From: the human T2T-CHM13v2.0 reference genome, Homo sapiens
DNA length: 64,000 nt
Assembly: GCF_009914755.1 (NCBI RefSeq)
Contig: NC_060942.1
Direction: 5' to 3' (one strand)
The translations under genes were made by a program, and so were the position numbers. Numbering within the stretch: position 1 is the first letter of the stretch; the number at the start of each line of letters is the position of its first letter. This document shows positions 14,151-27,175 of this stretch, piece after piece. The notes under the pieces were generated by a model, which saw only the letters and a list, made by a program, of their open reading frames with translations, did not search any database and had not been told where the DNA came from.

Positions 14151-14515
14151 GATTTATGTTGAGCTTGTAGTCCACCAAAACCATCCTGATCTTTTTTTTT
14201 CTAGGCAACTGTTAAGTTATGGCTTCCTCCTCTATTATCTTTGCTGCTGATTTTGGGTCCTTAGGGGGAGCAATTTATATTTAACCCTCCAAAATTTGGT
14301 CTCAATAAATTAATAATTCCAGCTGGCTTTAGTCATTCCTTCCAGCTTTATGTATCAAGAAAGTCTAATGAGATACCCCAAAGTCTTCATGTAGATGCTA
14401 CTTAGATGCTAAAAACAGGGTATGTCACATGCCCAGACATGGTTTGGGGAAATCTGCCCAGGGGCAACACCCCCCAACCCCCCGGGGCCCTAAGCCCTGG
14501 GCTCTTAAGAAGAGC

Positions 14516-14744
14516 AGAGTGACTGCAGCATGAACTTCCAACAGGTCAGACTGCCTGGCTTTAAATCCCAGTCCCATGGATACTATCTGCCAGACCTCTG
14601 AGAAGAAACAGTTCCCCATCTGTACAACAAGAGTACTAAAGACAGCACCAACTCATAGGGCAGATGAGAGGATTAAATGAGTTAATATGTGTAAAGCACT
14701 TAGGATAGTGTCTGGCACATGGTTATTCAATGTCTTAGCTATTT
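14516..14744 (+). mobile_element. MIR SINE
   Basis: GAGGATTAAATGAGTTAATATGTGTAAAGCACTTAG core. Confidence 0.85.
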
Positions 14745-16074
14745 GTCATCACAGTACTAATACTATTGGGGCAACACGAATCCAACTCATGGTACATCTG
14801 CCATACAGGCCGGTAGGTCTCAAACTTACTCAACACAGCAAGCAATCTGGGACATTTGTTTAAAATACAGATTCTTGGGTCCTAGCCCAAGACTCATTAA
14901 AACAGACTCTCAAGAGGCATGATGGATAAATCTGTGTATTTAACAAGTGCCTGTGCTGCAAGTGGTGGCCACACATCCAGCCCTTATCTTTACCTCTGGA
15001 AACCTTTCTGAACGTTCTCAAAACGGCACAGCTACCTTTTGACCCTAGTCTTCAAACCCAATAGCTTAGCAACAACAAAAAGGAATACAGAAACCATGAT
15101 TTTTCTGTTCTTAATCCCATGCTCTCTTTATTCTGAAAACTACACCTTCTTGATTTTGAATTTCTTTTGCTTTGAACAGAGCATTACCCCATCTCCAGTC
15201 CTTTAGCAATTCTCCTCTTCTGCACAATTCCTCAAGGATGACAAGCAGTCAACAAGCCCTCTCGGCCCACCAGCGTGAAATTCACGCTGGTCAGAGGATC
15301 TGAACTCATTTAGTGCCGCTCTGTGCTCTCGCACAATCAGCTCACCTATCTTGAGTTTCAATTTCCTCTTACAAGTATTTACTCTACTCTTCCCAGGCTG
15401 AAGATCGACCTCCTTGTCTAGAGAGGACAGAAGTGTAATAGGAGTTGAGGAGTTCTGCTTGCCTGTGAGTATCAGTCTCTCTGTTCTGGTTCTGCACTCG
15501 CAGGGACATTGTTTTTGTTCTTGTTCAAATTTTTCCACGGTCTCAATGCTGTGAGCTTTAAAGCCGAGTCCACTACTCTTTTCGGTTCCCGTTCTCATTA
15601 TTCTTTTTCATAGTCATCCTTGGTCACTCAATCTGCTTTCCAATTTCCTCCAAGTCACTCCTAAATCCAAGCTCTTAAATATTCCATGTGGAATCACCAT
15701 GGACAGACTTCAGTTGCCTTGTCTCCTCACTCTCTTCCTCATTAAGATCATTTATGATTATTGGCTAAAAATTTCACCTCTGAAAGCAGCCTAAACCTAA
15801 GGAAATCATAACTTTTCTTTCTGGCTCTGAAGACTGCCTAACCAAAACCTAGACTAAGTTAGTTATCATAAACTCTTAAATGTAATCCATTGGATGTCGG
15901 GTTAAAACACTGATCTCTTACTTTTTCCCTATCAGAGATTCCATGGTCACAATCTTGTAACAATTACATTATTGTTTGGGAGATTACCAAATGCAGTCAA
16001 CAAAGCTGAGGCCTTCTTTTGCATTATGTTTGCTCCCCTGATTCCTTGTGGAAATAAGGGCAATAATGGGTAGG

Positions 16075-16310
16075 ACTGGGTTAAGACTGAGAACTCTGCA
16101 GCAAACCTGCTCAGGTTTAAATCCAGCCTCCACCATCTACTACCTGTGTGACCTTGGCAAGCCATGTAACCTCATCTGTGCTTCAGCTTCCTCCTCTGTA
16201 ATAATAATAATAATAGCTAAAGTACAGGTCTTTAGGATTGTTGTGAAGAATACAAAGGGCTTAAAAAACAATACGTGATTCACCACAGGACAAGGGTTAG
16301 CTATTATGAT
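16075..16310 (+). mobile_element. MIR SINE
   Basis: TGTGTGACCTTGGCAAG..AACCTCATCTGTGCTTCAG core. Confidence 0.75.
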
Positions 16311-17319
16311 GCTGGTATTGTTTTGATTGTGGAGACTTTTATCTCTTTGTTCTGTAAGTAACTGAGAAATATTTTAAAATTATTTTGTGAAGAAGGAATA
16401 CCGTAAAGAAATCAAGCCTGCAAAAAAACGGAAATTCACTCACAAACAAGGACAAAAGATGCACAAGTGGAATTCCCTTCATGATACGTGATTTGTGGGT
16501 TGGGGGATGGAGCCGCAGTACAGGGAGGGTGACAACTATGGTAATACTTTTATTATGCGGTTATGTCTTCCAAACGACATAAGCGAACATAAACAGTTAA
16601 TGAAGACACTGTTAACGTCGTTAGTTGAGTACATGGTGATAGAGTAATGACACTGTTCGAGAACATTCAGCACGACTAATTTTTTTATTTTTTAATCCAA
16701 TTTCTCACCATACAATTACAGTTGCCAGATTCTCGACATCTCACAGGATTCCATCCATGATGTTGGAGGCTATGTTAAGAAGACTATTCAAGAGCTACTG
16801 CCACTCTTCAAGATTTTCTCTGTGTCAGTAATGCCACTGATGGCACTTTTGAATTTCACATCCCTGCAAAAATGCTTAAAACGTGCAGAAGTTTAACCCT
16901 GAACAGCTGCAATATTTTTGTTTTGTCAAGTACCATTCTGGAAGGAGATTATCTTGTCTTGCATGGGTTTTTTAACTCTTTCTTGCCTTCATGATGTGCT
17001 CTAGACCAGCTTAGGTTCAATGAATACCACACTGAGGCCACACATTTGCCCCATCTGACAGCCTAGTAATTTTCATCTTTATTTTAATTATCTTATTAGG
17101 ATGTGTCCTTGAGTATCTCTAGTATCAGTACTTTTAGTTTTCTCATTGTCATTTCTTTTAATCAAGTAAGGACAAAGAGAATAGGCAAAAATAGCATTGA
17201 TGCTGGCACAGGAACCTGCAAACTGTTGAAACTGAACTCTTAGCTAAAAGGCAGCCCCACAATACAAGAGTTTGATGGACAAAAATCTGGGTCAAAATCT
17301 GGGTCTGCATACAAAATGT

Positions 17320-17849
17320 GGTACAGAATGTCACCTTCCCAGGTACAGAATGTCACCTTCCCAGGTATAGCATGTCACCTTCCCAGGTACAGCATGTCAC
17401 CTTCCCAGGTACAGAATGTCACCTTCCCAGGTACAGAATGTCACCTTCCCAGGTATAGAATGTCACCTTCCCAGGTACAGCATGTCACCTTCCCAGGTAC
17501 AGCATGTCACCTTCCCAGGTACAGAATGTCACCTTCCCAGGTACAGAATGTCACCTTCCCAGGTACAGCATGTCACCTTCCCAGGTACAGCATGTCACCT
17601 TCCCAGGTGCAGAATGTCACCTTCCCAGGTATAGCATGTCACCTTCCCAGGTACAGCATGTCACCTTCCCAGGTACAGCATGTCACCTTCCCAGGTACAG
17701 AATGTCACCTTCCCAGGTATAGCATGTCACCTTCCCAGGTATAGCATGTCACCTTCCCAGGTACAGAATGTCACCTTCCCAGGTATAGCATGTCACCTTC
17801 CCAGGTATAGCATGTCACCTTCCCAGGTATAGCATGTCACCTTCCCAGG
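17320..17849. repeat. Minisatellite, 24 x 22 bp, consensus GGTA(C/T)AG(A/C)ATGTCACCTTCCCA
   Basis: Units start every 22 bp from 17320 to 17826 with no indels; only three variable positions. Confidence 0.99.
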
Positions 17850-18334
17850 AGTAGAGCCTATCAGGGCTTAGGACAATATGAAAACATACATCGAGTGACA
17901 TCCATATAGACCTCTGTGCAATCCCACATCTCCTCTGCCAAAGTGAGAAGAGGCTTCCTAGGCTTCCAGGCTTCCTTGAGTAGAGTCTCAAAAGATAGAC
18001 AGGAGCTTACCATGAAGTGGATGCTTAATGTAACAGGTAGTAACAATGTACCTACAGATTTAATTGGCAGGTAAAAGGCTAATACTATCATTAGATAATG
18101 GCCCAGGCAGCTGTGCAATTAAACAGTCAGAAAAAGTTCCAGAAGTGCCCGTGGCATTCCAGGAGAGATGGCCAATCATGGCTCAGATTGATTCTGTCCC
18201 ATCAACTCATGACACTCAGCAGAGACTGCAACACGCTTATACTCAAAATGTTATCAAATAGTATAGCACTTGGCATTAGACTGTTTATAATGAACTTGGA
18301 AATTCATTCAACTAAAGACACTCAATATCAGTGA

Positions 18335-18580
18335 CTGCAAATATTTACTGAGTGCTTAATATGTGCCAAAAAGCATGCTACAATGCTTTCCATGCAATAT
18401 ATCTTAAATAGTCCTCACAATAACCCTATGAGGTAGATGCTGTTAGTACCGCCATTTTGCAGGCAAGGAAACTAACTTAAAGAAAACTGCCCTAAGTCAT
18501 CTAGTTAGTCAATTTAGGGACACTATTCAAACCGGCATCAAAAGGCCTTGGGGATTACCCTTAACCCAACCACTACAACT
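18335..18580 (-). mobile_element. MIR SINE
   Basis: CCTCACAATAACCCTATGAGGTAG..CCATTTTGCAG..GGAAACT. Confidence 0.8.
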
Positions 18581-19593
18581 TCCATTAGGAAGCATTCACA
18601 TACATTGACACATAGTACCTAACTGGCTAAGGGCTGGAAACTGTCCTATATGAATTGAGACTAAGTGAAAAATCTGCCTGCTGCCATAATAAACTTTCTC
18701 CTAAAATATGATTCTCGCATACGATATGTGATATATGCTAATAAAACAATTTCAATGTTTCTGTTCACTATGGAAAAAATTAGGAAAAAAAAAGACTTCA
18801 GGTAAAACTTTTTTAAACATTTTGTTTTAAGTCCTCCAAATCAAAGCCTCACACCCCCCAGCCCAAACTCTTCTAAAAGTATACATGGAAAGTTATCAGT
18901 CAATAGCTATCATGGCTAGTATGTTAATTTTCAGAGGTGATATTGATGAAGGAATAATTATAGTCTATAATGAACTCTTTATACACTTTATTTGCTCTGG
19001 AGTCCCCTGTATTCATGTACAATTAGGCCCATTTCATAAAACCTGGAGCATGGTTTCACTTTTTAAAAATGGTTACAGATGTTTACAGTCCCCGGAACTC
19101 TGATTTAATTTGAGTAGCTGGCCATAGTGATGATTTATGTAATTCTGAGTCCCTGATAAGATAAACACAACCCAATTATAGCATTATTCTTGTGAGAAAA
19201 CAACATTCAAGGCACAGCTTCCAGAAATGCATTGCAGCGAAAGGAGGCATAATGCCAGAGTTCAAAGCCTTTCCTGAACTTATTCTGGAAGCAGCACCCC
19301 ATCCAGTGGTGTTCTAATAGATCAAGCAATAAAGAAATAAATCTCCAAGCCCTGCAGGCTGAGAGGTTGCAGAGCTAATATCGTCAGTTCCAGTTTCAAC
19401 TCAAGGGTGAAGGACAAGCATTGTCCACCCATGGATATCTTGGGTGACTGATGTTTGGCATCTGGATAGTTTCACAGTGTAACCCATAGAGGAAATGCTT
19501 CTTCCCTTCCTGATGCTTCATTCCATGGGAAGGCACTCTGCTAACTCTCACTGTCCCAGTGCTTTCCACTGCCCAGTCAGTGTTACCCTGAAT

Positions 19594-20110
19594 GGCAATT
19601 CTTAAAGTATGGTCCGAGGAGTGGACTCCTAGGAGTTCCCACGACCCTCTCAGGGAATCTACAAAATCAAAGCCACTTCCATAATATTACAACATATTTG
19701 CCCTTTTCACTCTCATTATCTCACAAGTGTAAAGTAAAGTTTTCCAGAGGCTATGTTATGTGTGATACCTTAACAGAGAAAATTCAGAAGCAGATATGAA
19801 AAGCCAGCTATCTTCTTATTAAGCCAGACATTAAAGACACTGCAAAATGTAAAGGCACAATGCTACTCTTCCCACTAATCTTGTTTTTCTCTTTTGGAAA
19901 ATACAGTAATTTTTCATACAAATTGTTATTTATGTTACGCATACAACTGGTTTAATATTTTAAGTGAATTAAATATATAATTTTTTCAGTTTAAATTCTC
20001 TATGGTAAACAGCAATAGATATTATCTACAATAGAAAAGCTCACTGAAGAACTCAATAATTTTTTAAGCATGTAAAAGAGTCCTGAGACTAAAAAGTTTG
20101 TAAAGTGTTA
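19594..20110 (+). mobile_element. Charlie1b-like hAT element
   Basis: TTTCACTCTCATTATCTCACAAGTGTA..TTTTCCAGAGGCTA; ends GTCCTGAGACTAAAAAGTTTG; ~515 bp. Confidence 0.75.
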
Positions 20111-20571
20111 TGTTAAACAAAGAGGGATGGACCAAACTTACCTGAAGCCTGCATTTGAAAGAATAATCTGAGCAGCTGGTGCCCAACCCTGTCCCCTACT
20201 CCGCCCATCTGGGAGTCACAGGTCCACAGAAAAGAAGCTTGGTGATCTCATTTTCCATGCTGGGAGCTCACAGATTCCCTGCAGCAATCTGGCAGTGGAA
20301 GGAAGTGGGCATGTCTTTGAAATGCTGGGATTCTGGGATTCATTGTAAGGGGGACTTGCCAATAGATGAAGGCCATGCCTGCCACCCTAGTGCTTATCAG
20401 GACTACGGTGATATTTTCCTTTCATATTTTCTGATTCTGCTGGCTTACATTTCCCTCGGTTCAGAATTCAAGACAGGGAGGACAGGTCCTATTTACTGGG
20501 CCCTTTCAAAGACTTCAGCACTTGGTGAACTATCTGGGGATCTTGAGAAATAAAAAAGGAGTCCAATGTAG

Positions 20572-20949
<378 letters not shown>

Positions 20950-22290
20950 CCCGGCACTTCTTTTAACTTGGTGGTTTATAGCCTTGATTGTGTAGGGTGG
21001 CTGGTTTTTATAGTTGGAGAGGTGGCTTTTAACATCAAAAGGCTTAAATTTCTAAACCACAGAGTATTTTGACCTTGATGCTTGACCACCACTTAGGTAG
21101 CTTATCTCCAGGAAAATGATAGCTGTTTAAGAGGTAGCGCCTCGAGAAAAAAATAAAAAAAAAAACAGCACGACCTCAGGAAAGACTATAGGCCAAGGAT
21201 CCTAGAATAGAAAAGAGGCAGGATGCACAGCGACCTTAGCCCAGTGGTGAACAATTTGGGTGAGGGATGCCACAATCTGGGTGAAAGCTGCCGCAATTTG
21301 GCCTTGGCAATGGTCTAAGGTAGCTCAGGACTCTGGAAGTGCTGAGGGGCCTCAGCTTGAACGTGCTGAGGGGCATAAAAAGAGGATTATTTCAACATCT
21401 ACTGCCTAAAGACTAGTCAATGAGCAATGTTTGTTATTTTTTAATAACACTGAGTTCAAGAACACTAGCAAGGGTCTCACTTGGGCAAGGTGGGGACAGC
21501 ATGGATTCTGACAGCTCGACCACTGGCTCAAGGGTCAGCCTCCACCAAGTGGTCTGGATGGCCTTTACAAGTGAACAAGAAATCTTCCCTTGAGGCAGCC
21601 GTCTTTGGCCAAAGCAACTCCATAGTAAATGGCAGAGAAAGAGCCAGTGGGGCCCGAGACTGAAAACACCTGTTCCACCAGTCAACCACCAGACCAAACC
21701 CAACATGGTGATAACACTGGGCTGTCAGATCCAAGGGAGACGAAGGGAAAGTCTCAAAGGGAAAGCAGGTTTGAACAGGCTGGCTGCAAACCAAAACCCA
21801 ACTGGGGAGAGGCTCCCAGTGGGAGGTTGTTTAGCACTTCCTATTTACCATTTGGGGTACCTCATGCATACCGGGTTTTCTTTCAGAAAGCTGGCATCTG
21901 AGATACTGTCACCTAGCACAAGGTTCAGAAATGTCCAATGATCCTTGTCCTTCTTGAGGTGCCTTTTTTCTCATCTAGCATATTCAGTATCTTTATGTTT
22001 CCACTTCCCCCTTTCAACTTTGTTTAGTTCAAAGCTTGCAGATTATAGACAAGAGGCTTAGACTGACCAGCATCCAGGAAAGGTTAAAATGAAGAATGTT
22101 TTCTCTGCCCACTATCAGTCCATCCCTCACATACCACAAGCTCTCTACTGTGTTCTTTGGAACACTGAGAAACAATTTCACCTGGATGACTCTTCCAGAG
22201 CAGAGCCTGGTTTGCTTTCTAACTTTGAAAACTGTTAAGACTGTTGCTGTGGTCATCATTTGGTTTGGGAACTCTTTAAAAAGTAAAGCT

Positions 22291-22619
<329 letters not shown>

Positions 22620-23999
22620 TCAAGAAGTTGGGAATAAGTCTGTCCTGACAGATGCCCATCTCGCCCTCTGAGGGGAGTTGCCACATTTTGGAATAAGCAC
22701 ACACTTGATGACTAAGAACATGAGCTCAACAGTCAATCCAAAATTTGGGGACCGTCAGAGTGTAAACCTCATCCTCTACTTCCATGTAGTGGGAGCTGCA
22801 CTAGTAATAACATTCTTGACCTTTGGCCAACTTAGATAAAACGAGTGGGCATACAGAACCCAGGCTCTTCATCACCTTTTCTTCCTGTCAGAGCCACGCC
22901 ACCTATGTCATGCAAATATTGTTAAGCTATAGGTCCGTAAGCTTCGACAGATGGGAGCACTGTCAAAGATGGGATGCCAAGGGTAACTAAATCTGAGATG
23001 TGAAAGATTAAAGCCACATTCTCTAACCTTGTCTTTATCAGTAATAAATGTTGTAATTTTGGTTCTCTATGTACTGATTCTTTTGTCTTATTTGTCCAGA
23101 ACTGAAATAGATAAGGAGCATTATTGCTTAGGCCCCTTCAAAGACAACAAAATTATCTACAAAGTCTCAATCTTACTGAATACTCAAAGGCCAAGGCTAA
23201 ATGATCAAAAAGAAGTTGGTCCAAATAACATTGTTGAAGTGCCAGCAGGGCCTCAGGCCCACTAGGATGTCTCTGTGCTGAGTCTGAGGCACTCAACCAA
23301 GACCCCTCATGTACTTAGGGGAGCACAAATGCTTGGAACAGAAAGCCACATGTGCCCTTAGATTGCTGGGTGAGTACAGAACTGGGCCAAGGTGGGGTGA
23401 GGTCAGGAGAAAGAGAGTGATTCACAGAAGGAACTATCAACAGCTCATGAGACACTTGCATCTCCGAGTCACCACCAAGAAGCTGCATGGCCAGCGGCAG
23501 AAACTGCCTGCTTCTTTGGTAGCCTATCCTGCATCTGGCTCAATCTGTTAGATTTTCCCATTCTTAAGCCGAGTTTGCTCCATGAAACTGAGATCTTTTA
23601 AATCCTCATTCTAAAGTCCAAATCCTCCTTTAGGCAACAATCCTTCAAAGTCCAGAATAGACTAATCTTGCTCCCACTGGGTCCATTCTTTTGCAGACTT
23701 TCAAGGAACTGGCCGAGTTGTTATCAGGAAAGTAAAGCACTGTTAAAGCCCTGGCCAGCCACCTCACAACAGTGTGCCTTCAGGTGAGTGGTTTCAGCCA
23801 ATCTCTGTTCAGACATCTGTAAGATGGATAATGATAATAACGTCTACCTATTGCAGAGGATTGATGTGAGGATTATATGAAAATGCAGGTCAAGTGCTTG
23901 GCCTGGCTCATAGTAAGCACTCAGTAAATATTAATCCCCTGTGTCGGCTATCTAGAAGGTTCTCAGTGCTTCAAAACACACCTACACAAGCCATGACTG

Positions 24000-25115
24000 A
24001 AAATGTTAGGTGAAGAGAATGAGAAACACACAGCAAGGCCAAGCTACAGACAAGTTACAAACTTCATCCAACAGGCTAGTGTTCATAAAGACACTTCAAG
24101 GCAAACCAAAAGGTCAAAATACATAGAAAAACTCTCATCAGAAACCAGATTTCAAATTTAAGCCAAAATGAGACATTATTATGCAGTCCACCAGATTTTT
24201 TTAAATGTTGAGGTTTGACTACAACAAGTATCCTAAAATTAGGGGGAAACTATGCACATACTGCTGGCAGACCAGTATGGAAAACACAATCTTGCATTAG
24301 CTGGTAATGATGAAAACATGCATACCTTGCAATCTAGCAATTCTACTCCTTGGTACACATCCAAGAGCAGAACAGTGTTCCATCACCTGGGAGTCTGCCA
24401 GACAGGCAAATTCTCAGGCTCTACTGTAGGCTTACTGAATCAGACTATCAGGGCTAGGGCCAGGGATCCACATTTAAACAAGCTTTCTGGTGATTCTCAT
24501 ATAAAGTTTGGGGAACACAGCCCTAGAGTATCCCTGGCATTTATACCCAGGTGGCATGCATAAGAATGCTGACAGCAGCAAAAAACTGAAACCACACACG
24601 CAAGTCCATCAACAATAAACCAAATAAGTAAATTGTACCATATTCATAGCATGCAATGCTCTACAGCAGTGAAAATGAATAAATTACAGCTATACAACTC
24701 AGCTGAATCTTATAAACATAACGCTGAGTAGAAAAAGCAAATCACAGAAAAATACATTATATATACACATGCATGATACATGTATACATCTATGCATGAT
24801 GTATATGCATATATAAAAATGTCTATATAGATGATAAAACTACAAAGGAAAGCAATGAATAAATGTTAGAAAAACCCAGATAGTAGTTATCTCTGCCAGA
24901 TAGTAGTTAACTCTGGGTGGAGAGAGGGGAATGGATGCAGTACTCTGGGGATGTCCAAGGAAGTAGGAATATTCTGTTTTCCTAACCAGGCTGGTAGTTA
25001 CATGGATGTACTTTATATGCTTTAATTGTCCTTTAAATAGTACACATACACTTTATAGACTCCTCTATATCGTATCCTCATATCACACTTCACAATAAAA
25101 ATTATTTTTCAAAAG
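24000..25115 (+). mobile_element. Old L1 (L1ME-like) 3' region with a nested MER5-type element at ~24370-24520
   Basis: TCTAGCAATTCTACTCCTTGGTA; CAGCAGTGAAAATGAAT; MER5 motif CATTTAAACAAGCT..GGTGATTCT. Confidence 0.65.
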
Positions 25116-25204
25116 TGACCTTCATATATATATAAAATACAAATGGATGTCAATCTGCTTTCGGTGTTTTTCTGCCTAGATTCAAATACATATCAAACCT
25201 AGAT

Positions 25205-25420
25205 ACACAGGCCCTGACATCAGGCTACTTGCATTTAAACCCCAGCTCCAACATTTAACAAAATAACCTTGTGCAGCTCAGATAACCTCACCATGCTTTG
25301 GTGTCCTAATATGTAAATTGGGTATATTTGGGGAGGAATTTAATGAGTTAATACATGTAAAGTGCTTTGAACCACGTGTGGTACATAGTAATTACTAAAA
25401 AAATGAAAAGCTACTATTAG
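25205..25420 (+). mobile_element. MIR SINE
   Basis: AATGAGTTAATACATGTAAAGTGCTT core. Confidence 0.75.
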
Positions 25421-25644
25421 AATAGAAAGATGCTAAGTTAAAGGCAATACTTCCTGCATCTAATCGTCAATAAACCATCAGCACCTATGAGAACAATGAA
25501 TCCACCTTCCCTGTTTTCCCAGATGCTGTACTGGCATCAACCAATATGGTACCATTACACTCAACCCTCTCCTCTACAGGGTTGTCATCATCATGTTAAA
25601 AGCATTCAGAGGCTGAGTAACTTTGATTCTAGCCTAGTCTCAAA

Positions 25645-25673
25645 ACACACACACACAGACACACACACACACA
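25645..25673. repeat. Interrupted (CA)n microsatellite; (UG)n in CDH2 pre-mRNA
   Basis: Read directly from sequence. Confidence 0.9.
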
Positions 25674-26170
25674 TACTCCCACATGTGCACACACATGGGT
25701 CCTTACTAGCATATGAAACAATTAAATTACAGAAGCAAGAGACAGATCTAGGAGGAGACAACAGAAAAGCTCCTATCTGATATACCTGTTGTTTCCAAAT
25801 CAAATCACTGGCAGAATTAACACTCTACATACACTAATTCCTTCCCCTAATTATAAAGACAGTGGAATTATATCAGCCTAGATAACATCTGTTAAAATTT
25901 AAGGAGGATTGTTAAAATATTTGCCCTTCAATTGTGGTTTCCAAGTGTGGTCGATGGAACACTGGTGGTAGGTAGTCCCTGCTGAGCTATAATTTATCTG
26001 GTTGTCACACTGAATATAGAACAAAGTCTTGCATGCATTAAGTGCTCAAACTTATTCAAACAATTAAATTATCCATTGATTGTGTCTGTGTAAAACAATG
26101 GTAATGACCAGGTCCCAAAATCTTCAAATAAATATCCAACATCTTGCTCACTATATGAAAGCACTTCTCT

Positions 26171-26484
<314 letters not shown>

Positions 26485-26489
26485 TGAAA

Positions 26490-26770
26490 GCACTTTTCTA
26501 AGTGATTTATATATGCACACGCACAAACACACACTAACCCATTTATTCTTCATAACAACCTTATGATAGATACTATTTATTATCCCTATTTTACAGATGG
26601 GCATACTGAAAGAGAAACATCAAATGTGTTGTCCAAGTCCACACAAAAAACAAGTGTCAGAGCCAGGGAACCAATGCAAATCTGGCTTCAGAGTCCCCAA
26701 TCTTTTTTTTTTTTTCTTTTTTCTTTTTTTCAGAGTCCCCAATCTTAACCACTGTGTCACACTGCTTCTT
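26490..26770 (-). mobile_element. MIR SINE containing a solo poly(T) insertion
   Basis: CCCTATTTTACAGATGG core; ends TCTTAACCACTG. Confidence 0.8.
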
Positions 26771-27139
26771 CAGGCTACTAAGTCAGTGTAACCTTAAGAG
26801 AAAAGAAAGAAAAAGATTTAGAAATCTACAGAAATGATGTACTTGATAAAAGAAGCATTTCAGTTCAGAAAAACAGAAACTTTAACAAATGCCAAATGTA
26901 TTATTGTGTGTATATATGTCACCACATATACAAAATCCAGGGGACAAAATAAAGCAAGACCTCTTTCCACAAAACACATAGAAAAGTAAATTTCAGGTAA
27001 GTAAAATATGTATATGTGAAAACACAAACAGATAAGTAATATCTGACATAGTGTGACGTTTGAGGAAGCTGTCTTTGGAGGTGGACAGGTCTCAATTTAT
27101 ATGACTGCTTACCTACCAAAGAGGAGTAATTCAGACACA

Positions 27140-27142
<3 letters not shown>

Positions 27143-27172
<30 letters not shown>
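27143..27172. repeat. (AT)15 microsatellite
   Basis: Read directly from sequence. Confidence 0.95.

Positions 27173-27175
<3 letters not shown>

Noticed and set aside
16380-17260. Possible ancient DNA-transposon remnant left of the minisatellite
   Set aside because: Could not identify TIRs or a family with confidence
17316-17744. Three overlapping repetitive ORFs (MSPSQVQNVTFPG...)
   Set aside because: By-product of a 22-bp unit cycling through all frames; antisense to CDH2; no gene structure
17320-17849. CRISPR-like array
   Set aside because: No unique spacers, no cas genes, primate genomic context
20950-22000. Possible ERV-internal or processed pseudogene segment
   Set aside because: No recognisable protein motifs, poly(A) or TSD
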